64,000 bases of DNA, taken from NCBI GenBank assembly GCA_037441705.1, contig JBBIRR010000012.1:15001-79000 (forward strand). Direction: 5' to 3'. The DNA is from Ignavibacteriales bacterium (lineage in GTDB: Bacteria > Bacteroidota > Ignavibacteria > UBA10030 > UBA6906). Made by a program: the position numbers and the translations under genes. Every line of letters begins with the position of its first letter. Positions within the stretch are counted from its first letter, which is position 1. The notes below the pieces were generated by a model. That model saw nothing but the letters and a program-made list of their open reading frames with translations. It was not told the origin of the DNA and ran no database searches. Positions 51,680 through 61,276 of this stretch are shown here, one piece after another.

Positions 51680-53659
51680 CTATTCTTCCTTTGCGCGCAT
51701 CGAATCCCACACAATGTACGCGAAAAGAAGAATGAACATGAACAGACCCAGAAGTTCTCCCGCTTGCGACTCAGCCCAGTGCGCGTTGTAGTAATCCATG
51801 CCGCCGAACTTCAGCAGGGCGTTGAACACGCCGAACAGCGAACCGCCCGCGATGAAGCCGGAGGCGATCAGCGTTCCGCGCTGGAAGCGTGCCGTGTTCA
51901 GCTTCTCATTCTTTGTTCGACTCGTAACGTACCAGGCAACGATGCCGCCGAGCAAGAGCGGTGTATTCAATTCCTGCGGGATGTACATACCCAGCGCAAA
52001 TGCCAGAGGCGAGACGTTGATCATGACAAGAACGAGCGAGACAACCGCGCCGACCAGATACAGGATCCATGGTGCCGGCGTCTCCGACATCAGCGGCTGG
52101 ATGACGGCTGCCATGGCGTTTGCCTGCGGCGCCACCATCGCATTCGGACCCTTGAAGCCGTAGGTTTCGTTCAGGATGTAGATCACCCCGCCCACCGTTG
52201 CGGCGGAAATCAGCACGCCGAGAAACTTGTATGTTTCCTGCTTCTTCGGCGTCGAGCCAATCCAGTAGCCGATTTTCAGATCCGTGATGAATCCGCCTGC
52301 CATCGAAAGTGCCGTGCAGACAACTCCGCCGATCAACAACGCGCTCACCATTCCCGATGTGCCGGAAAGCCCGACTTTCACGAGAATAAATGACGAGATA
52401 ATGAGCGTCATCAGCGTCATCCCGGAAATCGGGTTCGTGCCGACAATGGCGATGGCCGTTGCGGCGACCGTCGTGAAGAGGAAGGCAATGACTAACACGA
52501 TCAACAACCCAACCCCGGCGTGCGTCAGATTGAAGACGACGCCCGTGTAGAAGAACACAAAAATGAGCAACGCGGTCAGAACAATGAGAAAAACGTTGTG
52601 CTTCATCTTGATGTCGGTTTGCCAGCGGGTCTGGGAATCTTCTCCCCCGACTTTCTTGCCGAGAATCTCGTTCACCGCGAGCTTGAAGGCATTGCCGATG
52701 ATCTTCGAGGAACGAATGACCCCGATGATGCCTGCCATTGCAATCCCGCCGATCCCGATTTGCCGCACGTAGTTGCGAAAGATTTCTTCTGCGCTCATGT
52801 CGGCGATCAGCTTCGTCGCGGTTGCCCCTAACGGCGTTTGCAATCCATGGCCGATCTCGTAGAAGAGCGGCACAAGCACAAACCACGAGAGGAACGAACC
52901 GGCAGCGATGATGGCCGAGTATTTCAATCCGACGATGTAGCCCAGACCGAAAATCATTGCCGAGACATTCAGCTTGAAGACCATCTTCAGCTTGTCAGCC
53001 AGAACCTGACCCGCATCGAACATTCGCGTGCTGATGACTTCTGCCCATGCACCGAACGCGCTGAACATGAAGTCGAAGAGTCCGCCGATGAGACCCGACA
53101 CGACCAGGACGCCCGCCTGCTTTCCTCCTTTTTCTCCGGCGACGAGAATCTCGGTCGTTGCGGTGGCTTCGGGGAAGGGAAACTTGCCGTGCATATCCTT
53201 CACGAAATATTTTCGAAAAGGAATGAGAAAAAGAATGCCGAGGAACCCGCCGAACGCAGAAGCGAAAAAGATCTTGAAGAAATCGACAGGAAGGTCGAGA
53301 ATGTACAACGCGGGAATCGTGAAGATTGCCCCTGCAACGATCACCCCGGAGCTTGCGCCGATAGATTGGATGATAACATTCTGTCCGAGAGCATTACTCT
53401 TTTTTGCCAGTGCGGATAGCCCGACCGCGAGGATGGCGATGGGAATGGCGGCCTCGAACACCTGGCCGATCTTCAATCCTGAATACGCTGCAGCGGCGGA
53501 GAACAACACCGCCATGATCAATCCCCAGAAGACCGACCATCCCGTTACCTCCGGAAATGTGCCGGCGGGGTCGAGGATGGGGCGGTACTCTTCGCCGGGT
53601 TTGAGTTCTTTGTACGCATTCTCCGGTAATCCGGTTGTTGTGGTGGGTTGATGTTCCAT
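51680..53659 (-). CDS. OPT-family oligopeptide transporter (second paralogue)
   Basis: FEAAIPIAI, FPFPEATATTEI, GTNPISGM, DLKIGYW, APQANAM. Confidence 0.92.
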   Translation of the reverse strand: MEHQPTTTTGLPENAYKELKPGEEYRPILDPAGTFPEVTGWSVFWGLIMAVLFSAAAAYSGLKIGQVFEAAIPIAILAVGLSALAKKSNALGQNVIIQSIGASSGVIVAGAIFTIPALYILDLPVDFFKIFFASAFGGFLGILFLIPFRKYFVKDMHGKFPFPEATATTEILVAGEKGGKQAGVLVVSGLIGGLFDFMFSAFGAWAEVISTRMFDAGQVLADKLKMVFKLNVSAMIFGLGYIVGLKYSAIIAAGSFLSWFVLVPLFYEIGHGLQTPLGATATKLIADMSAEEIFRNYVRQIGIGGIAMAGIIGVIRSSKIIGNAFKLAVNEILGKKVGGEDSQTRWQTDIKMKHNVFLIVLTALLIFVFFYTGVVFNLTHAGVGLLIVLVIAFLFTTVAATAIAIVGTNPISGMTLMTLIISSFILVKVGLSGTSGMVSALLIGGVVCTALSMAGGFITDLKIGYWIGSTPKKQETYKFLGVLISAATVGGVIYILNETYGFKGPNAMVAPQANAMAAVIQPLMSETPAPWILYLVGAVVSLVLVMINVSPLAFALGMYIPQELNTPLLLGGIVAWYVTSRTKNEKLNTARFQRGTLIASGFIAGGSLFGVFNALLKFGGMDYYNAHWAESQAGELLGLFMFILLFAYIVWDSMRAKEE

Positions 53660-53706
53660 AAGAATGTTCCTTCGTTGTTGTGAGGGGGAAACGACGCCGA
53701 GCAGAA

Positions 53707-54534
53707 CTATATGCCGACGATAGTCTTGACCAGCATGCCCGCGAACATCGCAACCAGCAAGCTCGCCGAGGTGCCGAGGAGGTAATACTCGGCAAATTCT
53801 TTATCTTCCAAGTCCTTGAAACGGGCGATAGACTTTGCTGTGAGCGCAAATGCCAACGCCGTAAAGCTGTCGGTCAGGACGAACGTGAGGGTGATCAGGC
53901 GTTCGAGAATGCCGATCCATTCTCCGACGTTTTCCTCATTCTCGCGATGCGGCGATGCAGTTTGTTTCCGCAGGACATTGGCATACAGCGTCGGAAACTT
54001 TCGAAACACTCCGCGAACGATACGCGTGCCGCCGTCAATCACGAAGAAATACGCCGTGAGCACCAGAAGCACACTGAGGCGTTGCGTGCCGAACTCTGCC
54101 GGCGCAATGCCGGATGCGGCGAGCACGTGATGTTCGATGTTCTTGTACCACGGCCAGGGGCTGAATGGTTGTGCCGCACTCCACAGCGTGAGCAAGGCAA
54201 TGCCGCTCGCGATCTGTCGCAGAAGAAACCATTCCAGTGCAAGGGAGGCGCGTTGGGCCGACAGACGTCCATCCAGCAGTTCGTAAAGATACGTCAGCGC
54301 AGCGAGAATCAGGTATCCTGCGATGAGGGGGAGGGAAAGCACGCCAACGGTACAGATACTCATGGTGAGAAAGATGATGAGCGCCGAGACGATCGCTCGT
54401 CGTGAATGATCGCGCAAAGCATGCAGGTACGTTGGCAGGACGCGTCGGAGAAAAAACTCATACATTGCGTATGCACAGACCAGGGCAGCAAGGTCCACGA
54501 CCTCGTAGCGTGCGAGTGTGCCGGTGTCGTTCAT
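53707..54534 (-). CDS. DUF3307/SatE-like membrane protein
   Basis: C-terminal GEWIGILER, AKSIARF, AEYYLLGT; follows SatD; start 54534 preferred to 54582, which overlaps the palindromes. Confidence 0.75.
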   Translation of the reverse strand: MNDTGTLARYEVVDLAALVCAYAMYEFFLRRVLPTYLHALRDHSRRAIVSALIIFLTMSICTVGVLSLPLIAGYLILAALTYLYELLDGRLSAQRASLALEWFLLRQIASGIALLTLWSAAQPFSPWPWYKNIEHHVLAASGIAPAEFGTQRLSVLLVLTAYFFVIDGGTRIVRGVFRKFPTLYANVLRKQTASPHRENEENVGEWIGILERLITLTFVLTDSFTALAFALTAKSIARFKDLEDKEFAEYYLLGTSASLLVAMFAGMLVKTIVGI

Positions 54535-54581
54535 AGAGATGGTGCGGTAGAGCAGAGGGTATCGTATCCCCAATGAGATCA

Positions 54582-54657
54582 TATAACCGCATGAGGTTAT
54601 ATCTCAAATTATAACCTATAAAGGTTATATCTCAATCTATAACCGATAAAGGTTATA
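54582..54657. promoter_or_regulatory. Three tandem palindromes TATAACC-N6-GGTTATA with 28-bp period (putative operator array)
   Basis: Copies start at 54582, 54610 and 54638; linkers TCTCAAAT and TCTCAATC. Confidence 0.8.
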
Positions 54658-54679
54658 TCATCATACAGGCCTGTACACA

Positions 54680-55312
54680 TTATGGTGTCTTCTCCAGGGC
54701 ATATACATGCAAGAACTGACGCACGGCGTCTTCCGCATCAAGAACATGGCGGAATGACGAAGCGACCTTCGATACCGCCGGCTGGCTGATCCGCAGGCGC
54801 CGGGCCACGGTTGCCTGGTGTTCGGTTTCTTCCAGCAGGAGCATGATTTGCTGCTGGCGTTTCGTCATACGGCGCCGTTCGTGTTCCATCAGCCCGATGA
54901 GCGCGTTGAGGAGACCCAGCGCCGGCGAATCGAGGTCGTAGAGGATGCTGCGCCTGGACTTCTTGGCGTTCTGCAGTGCGCTGCGAGCGCGATGAAATGC
55001 CTCACCGTCCATGCCCAACGCTTCGGGCTTGAGCGGGGTGGACAGGGTTCCGACGCCGATCCCAAAGGAGAACTCGACCGGCGCCATCAATTCCTCGAAC
55101 CGCCGCACGACGCGATAGCTCGCTGCGACCGAGTGCAACAGGCCTTGGAATTCATCCCCTAACGTCAGCAAAAATTTGGAGGCGATTTCTTTTTTGAACT
55201 CGCGATTGATCGTGGCGATGGCGTCGGCAAAGCGCTGCTGCACGCGCCCGCGCCGCGGCAGCACGCGTGATCGCTTGATGTCTCCAATAATAGCGCAATA
55301 CCTGTCCGGCAT
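54680..55312 (-). CDS. SatD-family protein (nucleotide-cyclase-like domain + C-terminal HTH)
   Basis: AIIGDIKRSR, TLGDEFQG, DGEAFHRAR; HTH QATVARRLRISQPAVSK. Confidence 0.85.
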   Translation of the reverse strand: MPDRYCAIIGDIKRSRVLPRRGRVQQRFADAIATINREFKKEIASKFLLTLGDEFQGLLHSVAASYRVVRRFEELMAPVEFSFGIGVGTLSTPLKPEALGMDGEAFHRARSALQNAKKSRRSILYDLDSPALGLLNALIGLMEHERRRMTKRQQQIMLLLEETEHQATVARRLRISQPAVSKVASSFRHVLDAEDAVRQFLHVYALEKTP

Positions 55313-55372
55313 CGTTAGTGTGTACCGGCAATGAGAAAATGTGTTATGAGTGAAGAGACGGCCGACCGCGCG

Positions 55373-56623
55373 CTACGCTGCATGCTCAGCCCACACCTGA
55401 ACGAGGTTGACGACCGTCTCGACGGATTTCTCCATGCCCCAGACCGAGAGCCACTCGGTGGGTCCGTGATAATTCTGTCCGCCGGTAAAAATGTTCGGGC
55501 AGGGGAGTCCTTTTTCCGTCAAGCGCGAGCCGTCCGTGCCGCCGCGAATCGGAACCCACTTCGGTTCAAGCCCGGCACGTTTCGTTGCCTCCCACAGGTA
55601 CTTCAAGCCCGGTGCATCATCGCCCATGTAGTCCTTCATGTTGCGGTACTGTTCGATGATCTTCAGCTCGATCTTTGCTTTCGGATGGAGGGGCTGAACC
55701 TCGGCGATGATGTCTTCGAGTTTCTTCTTCAGCACATCGAGACCAGCGGTGTTGAAGTCGCGCAGGAGAATCTTCAGCTCGGATTTTGCTTCCTCGCCGG
55801 AAAGAAGGTGAGGATGGATGTAGGGCTCGTAGCCTTCCGTAGTTTCTGGCGACAAGGTTCCTTTGGGGAAACGGACGATGATATCGGCAATGCACTTGAT
55901 AGAATTGACCATGATGTTCTTCGCGCTGCCGGGATGGATGTTGCGTCCGTGCACGGTGATGACGGCAAGATTGGCGCTGAAGGTTTCCTTGTTCAACTCA
56001 CCCGGCGTGTCGCCGTCGACCGTGTACGCAAAGTCGCAGCCGAACTTCTTCAGATCGAAATACTTCGTGCCCGCGCCGATCTCCTCATCGGGCGTGAAGC
56101 AGACCCTGACCTCGCCGTGCAAGAGGCGCGGATTGTTGATGAGCGTCTGCATCGCCGTCATGATGATGGCAACGCCGGCCTTGTCGTCCGCGCCCAGCAG
56201 TGTCGTTCCGTCGGTCGTCACGATCGTCTTGCCGATGTTGTTCTTCAGCTCCGGGTTCTCGGCTTCGGTAATCACAACGGACGGGTTGCCGGGCAGAACA
56301 ATGTCGCCTCCCTTGTACACCATCACCTGCGGCTTGACATCTTTGCCGCTTGCAGAGGGTGATGTATCCACGTGCGCGACGAAGCCGATGCGCGGCACTT
56401 TCCCGTATGCTTTGTGGGATGAAGGAAGATTGGAGGGGAGTGTCGCCATCACGTACCCGTACTGATCAATCTCGACATCCTTCATTCCTAATTCTTTCAA
56501 CTCCTTCACGAGGAGGTGAAGGAGATCGAATTGCTTTTGCGTGCTGGGATAGGTTGTCGCGTTCTCATCCGATTGTGTGTCAATCTTGGCATAGCGGATA
56601 AACTTCTCTAATGCTGATTCCAT
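55373..56623 (-). CDS. pepT: Peptidase T (tripeptidase, M20B)
   Basis: IDTQS, AHVDTS, TLLGADDKAG, FTPDEEIG, PIRGGTDG, NYHGPTEW. Confidence 0.95.
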   Translation of the reverse strand: MESALEKFIRYAKIDTQSDENATTYPSTQKQFDLLHLLVKELKELGMKDVEIDQYGYVMATLPSNLPSSHKAYGKVPRIGFVAHVDTSPSASGKDVKPQVMVYKGGDIVLPGNPSVVITEAENPELKNNIGKTIVTTDGTTLLGADDKAGVAIIMTAMQTLINNPRLLHGEVRVCFTPDEEIGAGTKYFDLKKFGCDFAYTVDGDTPGELNKETFSANLAVITVHGRNIHPGSAKNIMVNSIKCIADIIVRFPKGTLSPETTEGYEPYIHPHLLSGEEAKSELKILLRDFNTAGLDVLKKKLEDIIAEVQPLHPKAKIELKIIEQYRNMKDYMGDDAPGLKYLWEATKRAGLEPKWVPIRGGTDGSRLTEKGLPCPNIFTGGQNYHGPTEWLSVWGMEKSVETVVNLVQVWAEHAA

Positions 56624-56868
56624 AAGAGTCCCTGTCTGGCCATGTGGAGAAGATTCTGGATTCGTAAGAAAATGGGTCTGATGGCGAATGCTTCATTCCC
56701 CTTGTTCATTCGCCGGCGCCGAGGTTGGCAGCATAAGAAAACTCTGTTCGTCCGTAGTCTTTTCCGGATTGAGTTTCGTACGACACGCTGGGGTCACGGG
56801 CGTCTGGAAAACCTATACAAAAGGTCGTAACCTAACGGGTGAAAATCAACAGTCGCGGCAACAAAATC

Positions 56869-57426
56869 TCATCGGTGGGGCTGTTCGCGTCGTTGTTCCT
56901 CTGATGGCTGCTCGAGTTGTTCCGGGTGAGGCTGAGGACGCGACCTGGTGACCAGCGGAGTGGAGAAGAGGAGAAGGATGGTGCCGAGAAGAATGATGAC
57001 GTCGGCAACGTTGAAAATGGCGGTTCGCACGCCAGCAATCCCGACATTCAGAAAATCAATCACATGCCCGTCGTGTCGGATTCTATCGAGCAAGTTGCTG
57101 AAGCCGCCTCCGACGATGAGAGTGAGCGCAACAGTCTGCAGCCGCGTGAGATGCTTGTTGATCAGAGTAAACACAAACAGACTGGTGAGCATGATCCCGA
57201 CAAACACGGTGAGAAACCAGAAGCGGGCTTCGTCGGGGAACTCGGCACCGAAACTCATCATTCCCCCGGGGTTTTCGGCGTACTGCAGTCGTACGAAATC
57301 ATTGAACAACGATTGCGGGATGGAGTATTGCAACGAGGTGCGAGCGAGTTGCTTCGTTGTTTGGTCACAGCCGATGCATGTTATGAACAAAATGGCAACA
57401 AGAACAAGTTTGTGAGTCAGATGCAT
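56869..57426 (-). CDS. lspA: Lipoprotein signal peptidase II
   Basis: DQTTK, ENPG, GGGFSNLLDR, VIDF, FNVAD. Confidence 0.92.
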   Translation of the reverse strand: MHLTHKLVLVAILFITCIGCDQTTKQLARTSLQYSIPQSLFNDFVRLQYAENPGGMMSFGAEFPDEARFWFLTVFVGIMLTSLFVFTLINKHLTRLQTVALTLIVGGGFSNLLDRIRHDGHVIDFLNVGIAGVRTAIFNVADVIILLGTILLLFSTPLVTRSRPQPHPEQLEQPSEEQRREQPHR

Positions 57427-57474
57427 CCTTCGTCTCCTGGGTCCTTCGTTGATAGTACGTCAACCATCGCCGGC

Positions 57475-59910
57475 CTAAGCAACCTTCACCACCACCATCG
57501 TCATGTCATCATGTTGCTGATAGCCCTTCGTAAACGAATCAACGTCCTTGCAGATGCCGTTGATAATCTCCTGCGACGATTTGTCGCGATGACGAGTGAT
57601 GGACTCCACGAGACGATGCTCGCCGAATTCCTCTCCCGATTCGTTGCGTGCTTCGGTGAAGCCGTCCGTATAAAACACCAGCACCTCACCGGAGTGCAGA
57701 GCAAGTTCCTGCTCTTCGAGAACGGAATCGAACACCCGCCCGATTTCAAGCCCTAACGCCATCCCTTTTGGTGTAAGGAAAGACCCGTGTTCCTTCGAGC
57801 GCTGAGCAAGGATCACCGGGCACTGCCCGGCGCGCGCAAAGCGGATTGTCCGCGACGCAAGGTCGAGAACCGCGTAGAACATGCTGACGAACGAGTTGCG
57901 ATCGATCGTCCGATACATCAAGCTGTTGACCTTGCTCAGGACGGTCTTGGGCGAGATGTTCTCTTCTGCATGCGATTGCAGGATACCTTTGGTGAGTGTC
58001 ATATAAATCGCCGCAGGCACGCCTTTTCCCGACACATCGCCGATGGCGATGCCGATTTTTCTTCCGCCCAGAGCAACAAAATCGTAGTAGTCGCCGCCGA
58101 CTTCAAGAGCGGGGATGCAAATGCCGGCAATGTCGTAGCCGTTCAAACGCGGGCTTGCCTTCGGCAGCAAACTCATCTGGACACGTCGAGCGATCTCCAG
58201 TTCCTTTGCCATGCGTTCGCGTTCGCTGATGCGCTTCACATGTTCGGGAACGAATTCGGCCTGGAGTTCAAACCTCTCGCCGCGAACCAGGCCCGCTGCT
58301 GCGATTCCTAACGGCAGTGCAAAGAGACCAAAGAACAGCAGCGCTTGCGTCGAGTAGTAGCCGCTCTGCGATGCAAAGAGGGGGATGGCAGCGGGCAGAG
58401 CCACGATGACAAAGTTCGCGGCCATCGCAGTCAGGAGATCATACTTGTGGAAGATGAAAGAGAAAGCAATCCCGAATGCGACCAGCACCGTTATCGCAAT
58501 CGGAAGTTGTGGGAACCCGAACGGGATGGGCCATAACGGAAACATCGCAAGTGCCCACAGCAGCGACGAAACGAGAATGCCGAGCCACGGCTTCTTCAAC
58601 TTCTCCCGCAGCACACTCAGAAAGAACAGCCGAAACACGATTTCGCCGAAGAGCGCTGCTTCGATTCCATCGAGGATTGGGCTTGCTGCAGGAACAATCC
58701 CGTCCGTCACACCGGAGGCAGACAGGACATAGAATCCCGTAGGCAGGTGGCGCGTAGCAAGAAATCCGATGACGGCAAAAGCACCGAGAAGAACCAGCCC
58801 GAGCGAGTATCCGCGCAGCAGTCCGTCGGCAACATCCACCGTGAAGAAGCGACGGAAGAGCATGCTGTCACCGCCTGCAAGCTTCTGCGGCCAGAAGCTT
58901 CTGGAGTACGACTCTCCCACGCTCCACGCGGCAAGAACCATGACGCTGAGAAAGACGTACACCACCAGCACATTCAACGCGAAGAGAACAAGTCGAACGT
59001 TGAACTTGTTCAGATCGGCCATCTGCGCGTTGGAGCCGATCGAGGTGAACACATTGATGGAGCCGAGAAGGTAGACCACAAAGAGGGCACCGAGTACCAT
59101 CAGCCCCGTCTTGATGCCGACCTCTCCTTCGTGGTATTTTTTCAAGAAAAAGATGACGATGAAGAAGAAGAGGAGAAAGATCGTTGCGAACGAAACCGTT
59201 CCAAGCAATGCAGCATTCGTGGCTGTTCGACTGCTGGTAGCTTCGAACGCCGCGTCCGGTTGAATCCACTGCTTGTAACCGCCGACCTCGTTGCCCTGAA
59301 TGCGTATCCATAAGCCGAGCCGAACGGTTGTGTCGATCGTCTCCCAATCGAAATTATAGTCCAGTCTGTTCTGCTGCTTGATCTGAGATGAACTCTTGAG
59401 CTTGTACTGTCTGAGGTCCACACCCTGACCGACGAGAAAATTTTCTGCAAGCGCTTGTGCTTCCTCCTGCGTGAGTGACGCGCCCGAGGCAGTGTCCTTG
59501 ATGTCGTGCTTGAGGCCTACGACGCGCCCCCCGGGGGTCATGGACAGCTCGAAGGATTCGACACTCTGGCTTCGGGGGACGGTCGCGTCGTACCATGTGA
59601 TCCGCCACAGGTGAGCCGGAAGCTTGTTCTGACGCAAGAGAGCGTTTGCCGAATCCAGCCCGAACTTAATCCGCAGGGCCAGCTGCGTGTTGCCGTCGAA
59701 GTCGAACCATCCGTCCTGATGATACTTTCGGACATCAAATCCTCGAGCGACCATGAAGTCGGTTGCCCGCGTGAGAATCTCGCTGCGGCTATACTCGAGG
59801 TTGAGTGAGGCTTTCGGAGTGATCTTCGGGTACAACCAGAAAAAAACGACTGTTCCGAGAATCGCCAGCACTAACAGCACACCGTATCGTCGGTGAAACG
59901 TTTGTCCCAT
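57475..59910 (-). CDS. Membrane PP2C/SpoIIE-family phosphatase with extracytoplasmic domain and degenerate CPBP-like membrane domain
   Basis: C-terminal VGGDYYD, GDVSGKG, YTDGFTEA, DDMT; multi-TM centre with GEIVFR. Confidence 0.88.
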   Translation of the reverse strand: MGQTFHRRYGVLLVLAILGTVVFFWLYPKITPKASLNLEYSRSEILTRATDFMVARGFDVRKYHQDGWFDFDGNTQLALRIKFGLDSANALLRQNKLPAHLWRITWYDATVPRSQSVESFELSMTPGGRVVGLKHDIKDTASGASLTQEEAQALAENFLVGQGVDLRQYKLKSSSQIKQQNRLDYNFDWETIDTTVRLGLWIRIQGNEVGGYKQWIQPDAAFEATSSRTATNAALLGTVSFATIFLLFFFIVIFFLKKYHEGEVGIKTGLMVLGALFVVYLLGSINVFTSIGSNAQMADLNKFNVRLVLFALNVLVVYVFLSVMVLAAWSVGESYSRSFWPQKLAGGDSMLFRRFFTVDVADGLLRGYSLGLVLLGAFAVIGFLATRHLPTGFYVLSASGVTDGIVPAASPILDGIEAALFGEIVFRLFFLSVLREKLKKPWLGILVSSLLWALAMFPLWPIPFGFPQLPIAITVLVAFGIAFSFIFHKYDLLTAMAANFVIVALPAAIPLFASQSGYYSTQALLFFGLFALPLGIAAAGLVRGERFELQAEFVPEHVKRISERERMAKELEIARRVQMSLLPKASPRLNGYDIAGICIPALEVGGDYYDFVALGGRKIGIAIGDVSGKGVPAAIYMTLTKGILQSHAEENISPKTVLSKVNSLMYRTIDRNSFVSMFYAVLDLASRTIRFARAGQCPVILAQRSKEHGSFLTPKGMALGLEIGRVFDSVLEEQELALHSGEVLVFYTDGFTEARNESGEEFGEHRLVESITRHRDKSSQEIINGICKDVDSFTKGYQQHDDMTMVVVKVA

Positions 59911-60031
59911 GGACGTCCTTTAGAAATGTACCCTTGCTCATCAATCAACGTGGTACGCGTGGAAATGTTACGGGGACAATATACGAAGTGTCGAACAGGG
60001 CTTCCAGCGCGTTGTGCAGAAGCACCGATGC

Positions 60032-60754
60032 TCAGGCTTCTCGCAAATCCTCAGGAAGAAGGATGAAGCCCGTCCGAAGACTGCCAATGATCTGGCTTCT
60101 TGTTCCTGCATGCTGCCAGTGCCACAGACCGATGAGCGCGCACAGAAGCGCGTCGGTTTGGTCCTCAACGGCTTTGCTCCACGGTGCCTTGAGTGTGCTG
60201 CGCGTATCATCGTCAAGCGAAAGAGCGGGGAATTCGCGCGTGAGGCATCGCGACAGAAGTCGCTGATAACGCCTGAATTCTCTTCGTCGGTCTGCTACCT
60301 TCCCCTTCTTGTACTTGATAATGCGAGGGAGGCGAAACAACCGTACGATTGCGGGATGAGGATACACCTCCGCCACGATTCTTCGTCCGTTCCCGATCTT
60401 CCAACCGGTCGTGAAGCCGAGTCTCTCCAACTTTTTCCGGATGCGAACCGGACGCGGGCATTTCGTGAGATTGGCAGGATGACACGCCGCGTGTTCCCGA
60501 TGAAACATCGTGTGCGTGAGTCTATCGACAGGACGCGTCCCTGTGCGGTTGGGACATACAATCGGCGCATCAATGGTTATGAAGACGGATTGATGGCGGT
60601 TGATAGCGTGGCTCAGCGCCGCGAGCAGCGAGTCGTCGCCTTGCGGATAGGCGAAGCCTGTTACGCGCGCTGCCTGCGTGCCCGCTTCGATGAAACAGAC
60701 ACCGTCGGGTTTCTTTTCGCCCCACGCGAGATCAACGCCGACGAGGAGCATCAA
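60032..60754 (-). CDS. DUF429-family protein (predicted RNase H-fold nuclease)
   Basis: [30 protein letters not shown]. Confidence 0.82.
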   Translation of the reverse strand: MMLLVGVDLAWGEKKPDGVCFIEAGTQAARVTGFAYPQGDDSLLAALSHAINRHQSVFITIDAPIVCPNRTGTRPVDRLTHTMFHREHAACHPANLTKCPRPVRIRKKLERLGFTTGWKIGNGRRIVAEVYPHPAIVRLFRLPRIIKYKKGKVADRRREFRRYQRLLSRCLTREFPALSLDDDTRSTLKAPWSKAVEDQTDALLCALIGLWHWQHAGTRSQIIGSLRTGFILLPEDLREA

Positions 60755-61152
60755 TCCTCCGTCCCGGTTACGACTGCGTCGGCTTCGATTTCGACAAGCA
60801 TCTCGGGAACAATCAACCGGCTCACCTCCACCATCGTTGTTGCGGGCATGATGTTCTGGAAAAACTCACGATGGGCCTTCCCTACCTTTTCCCAATCTCG
60901 CTCGATGTTGATGACGAACATGCGGGTGCGCACGACGTCCTTCATGCTTGCGCCCGCCTTTGTCAACGCCCGCTCGATGTTCCTCAGTGCTTGAACTGCC
61001 TGCGCGTACGCGTCGTCTTTGCCGACTATTACGCCTGTGTCGTCTGTGGCCGTTGTGCCGGTCACGTAGATGTGCTGCCCGACTCGCACCGCGCGCGAGT
61101 ACCCTACGATCGTCTCCCACTTCACTCCGCTGCTGATGTTAATGCGTTTCAT
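60751..61152 (-). CDS. RidA/YjgF/UK114-family protein
   Basis: [38 protein letters not shown]; start set at ATG 61152. Confidence 0.92.
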   Translation of the reverse strand: MKRINISSGVKWETIVGYSRAVRVGQHIYVTGTTATDDTGVIVGKDDAYAQAVQALRNIERALTKAGASMKDVVRTRMFVINIERDWEKVGKAHREFFQNIMPATTMVEVSRLIVPEMLVEIEADAVVTGTED

Positions 61153-61180
61153 GGCTTTCCCTTTGTTGTTGAAATGGAAC

Positions 61181-61210
61181 CGCGAATGAGCGCGAATCAC
61201 CGCGAATGAA
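61181..61210. repeat. Short tandem repeat CGCGAAT-NNN x3 (10-bp period)
   Basis: cgcgaatgag cgcgaatcac cgcgaatgaa in the intergenic gap. Confidence 0.7.
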
Positions 61211-61276
61211 AACAAAGAAATTTTAGATGAGGGGTCTGTCGTTTGACGGCGTTCTCGACCTCTCGCGCACGATCGG

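Noticed and set aside
54582-54657. Mini CRISPR array
   Set aside because: Variable parts are only 6 bp, far too short for spacers, and no cas genes are present
56630-56868. Riboswitch or sRNA upstream of pepT
   Set aside because: Only one 8-bp stem (GGCGAATG/CATTCGCC) and no recognisable Rfam motif; a covariance-model search would be needed
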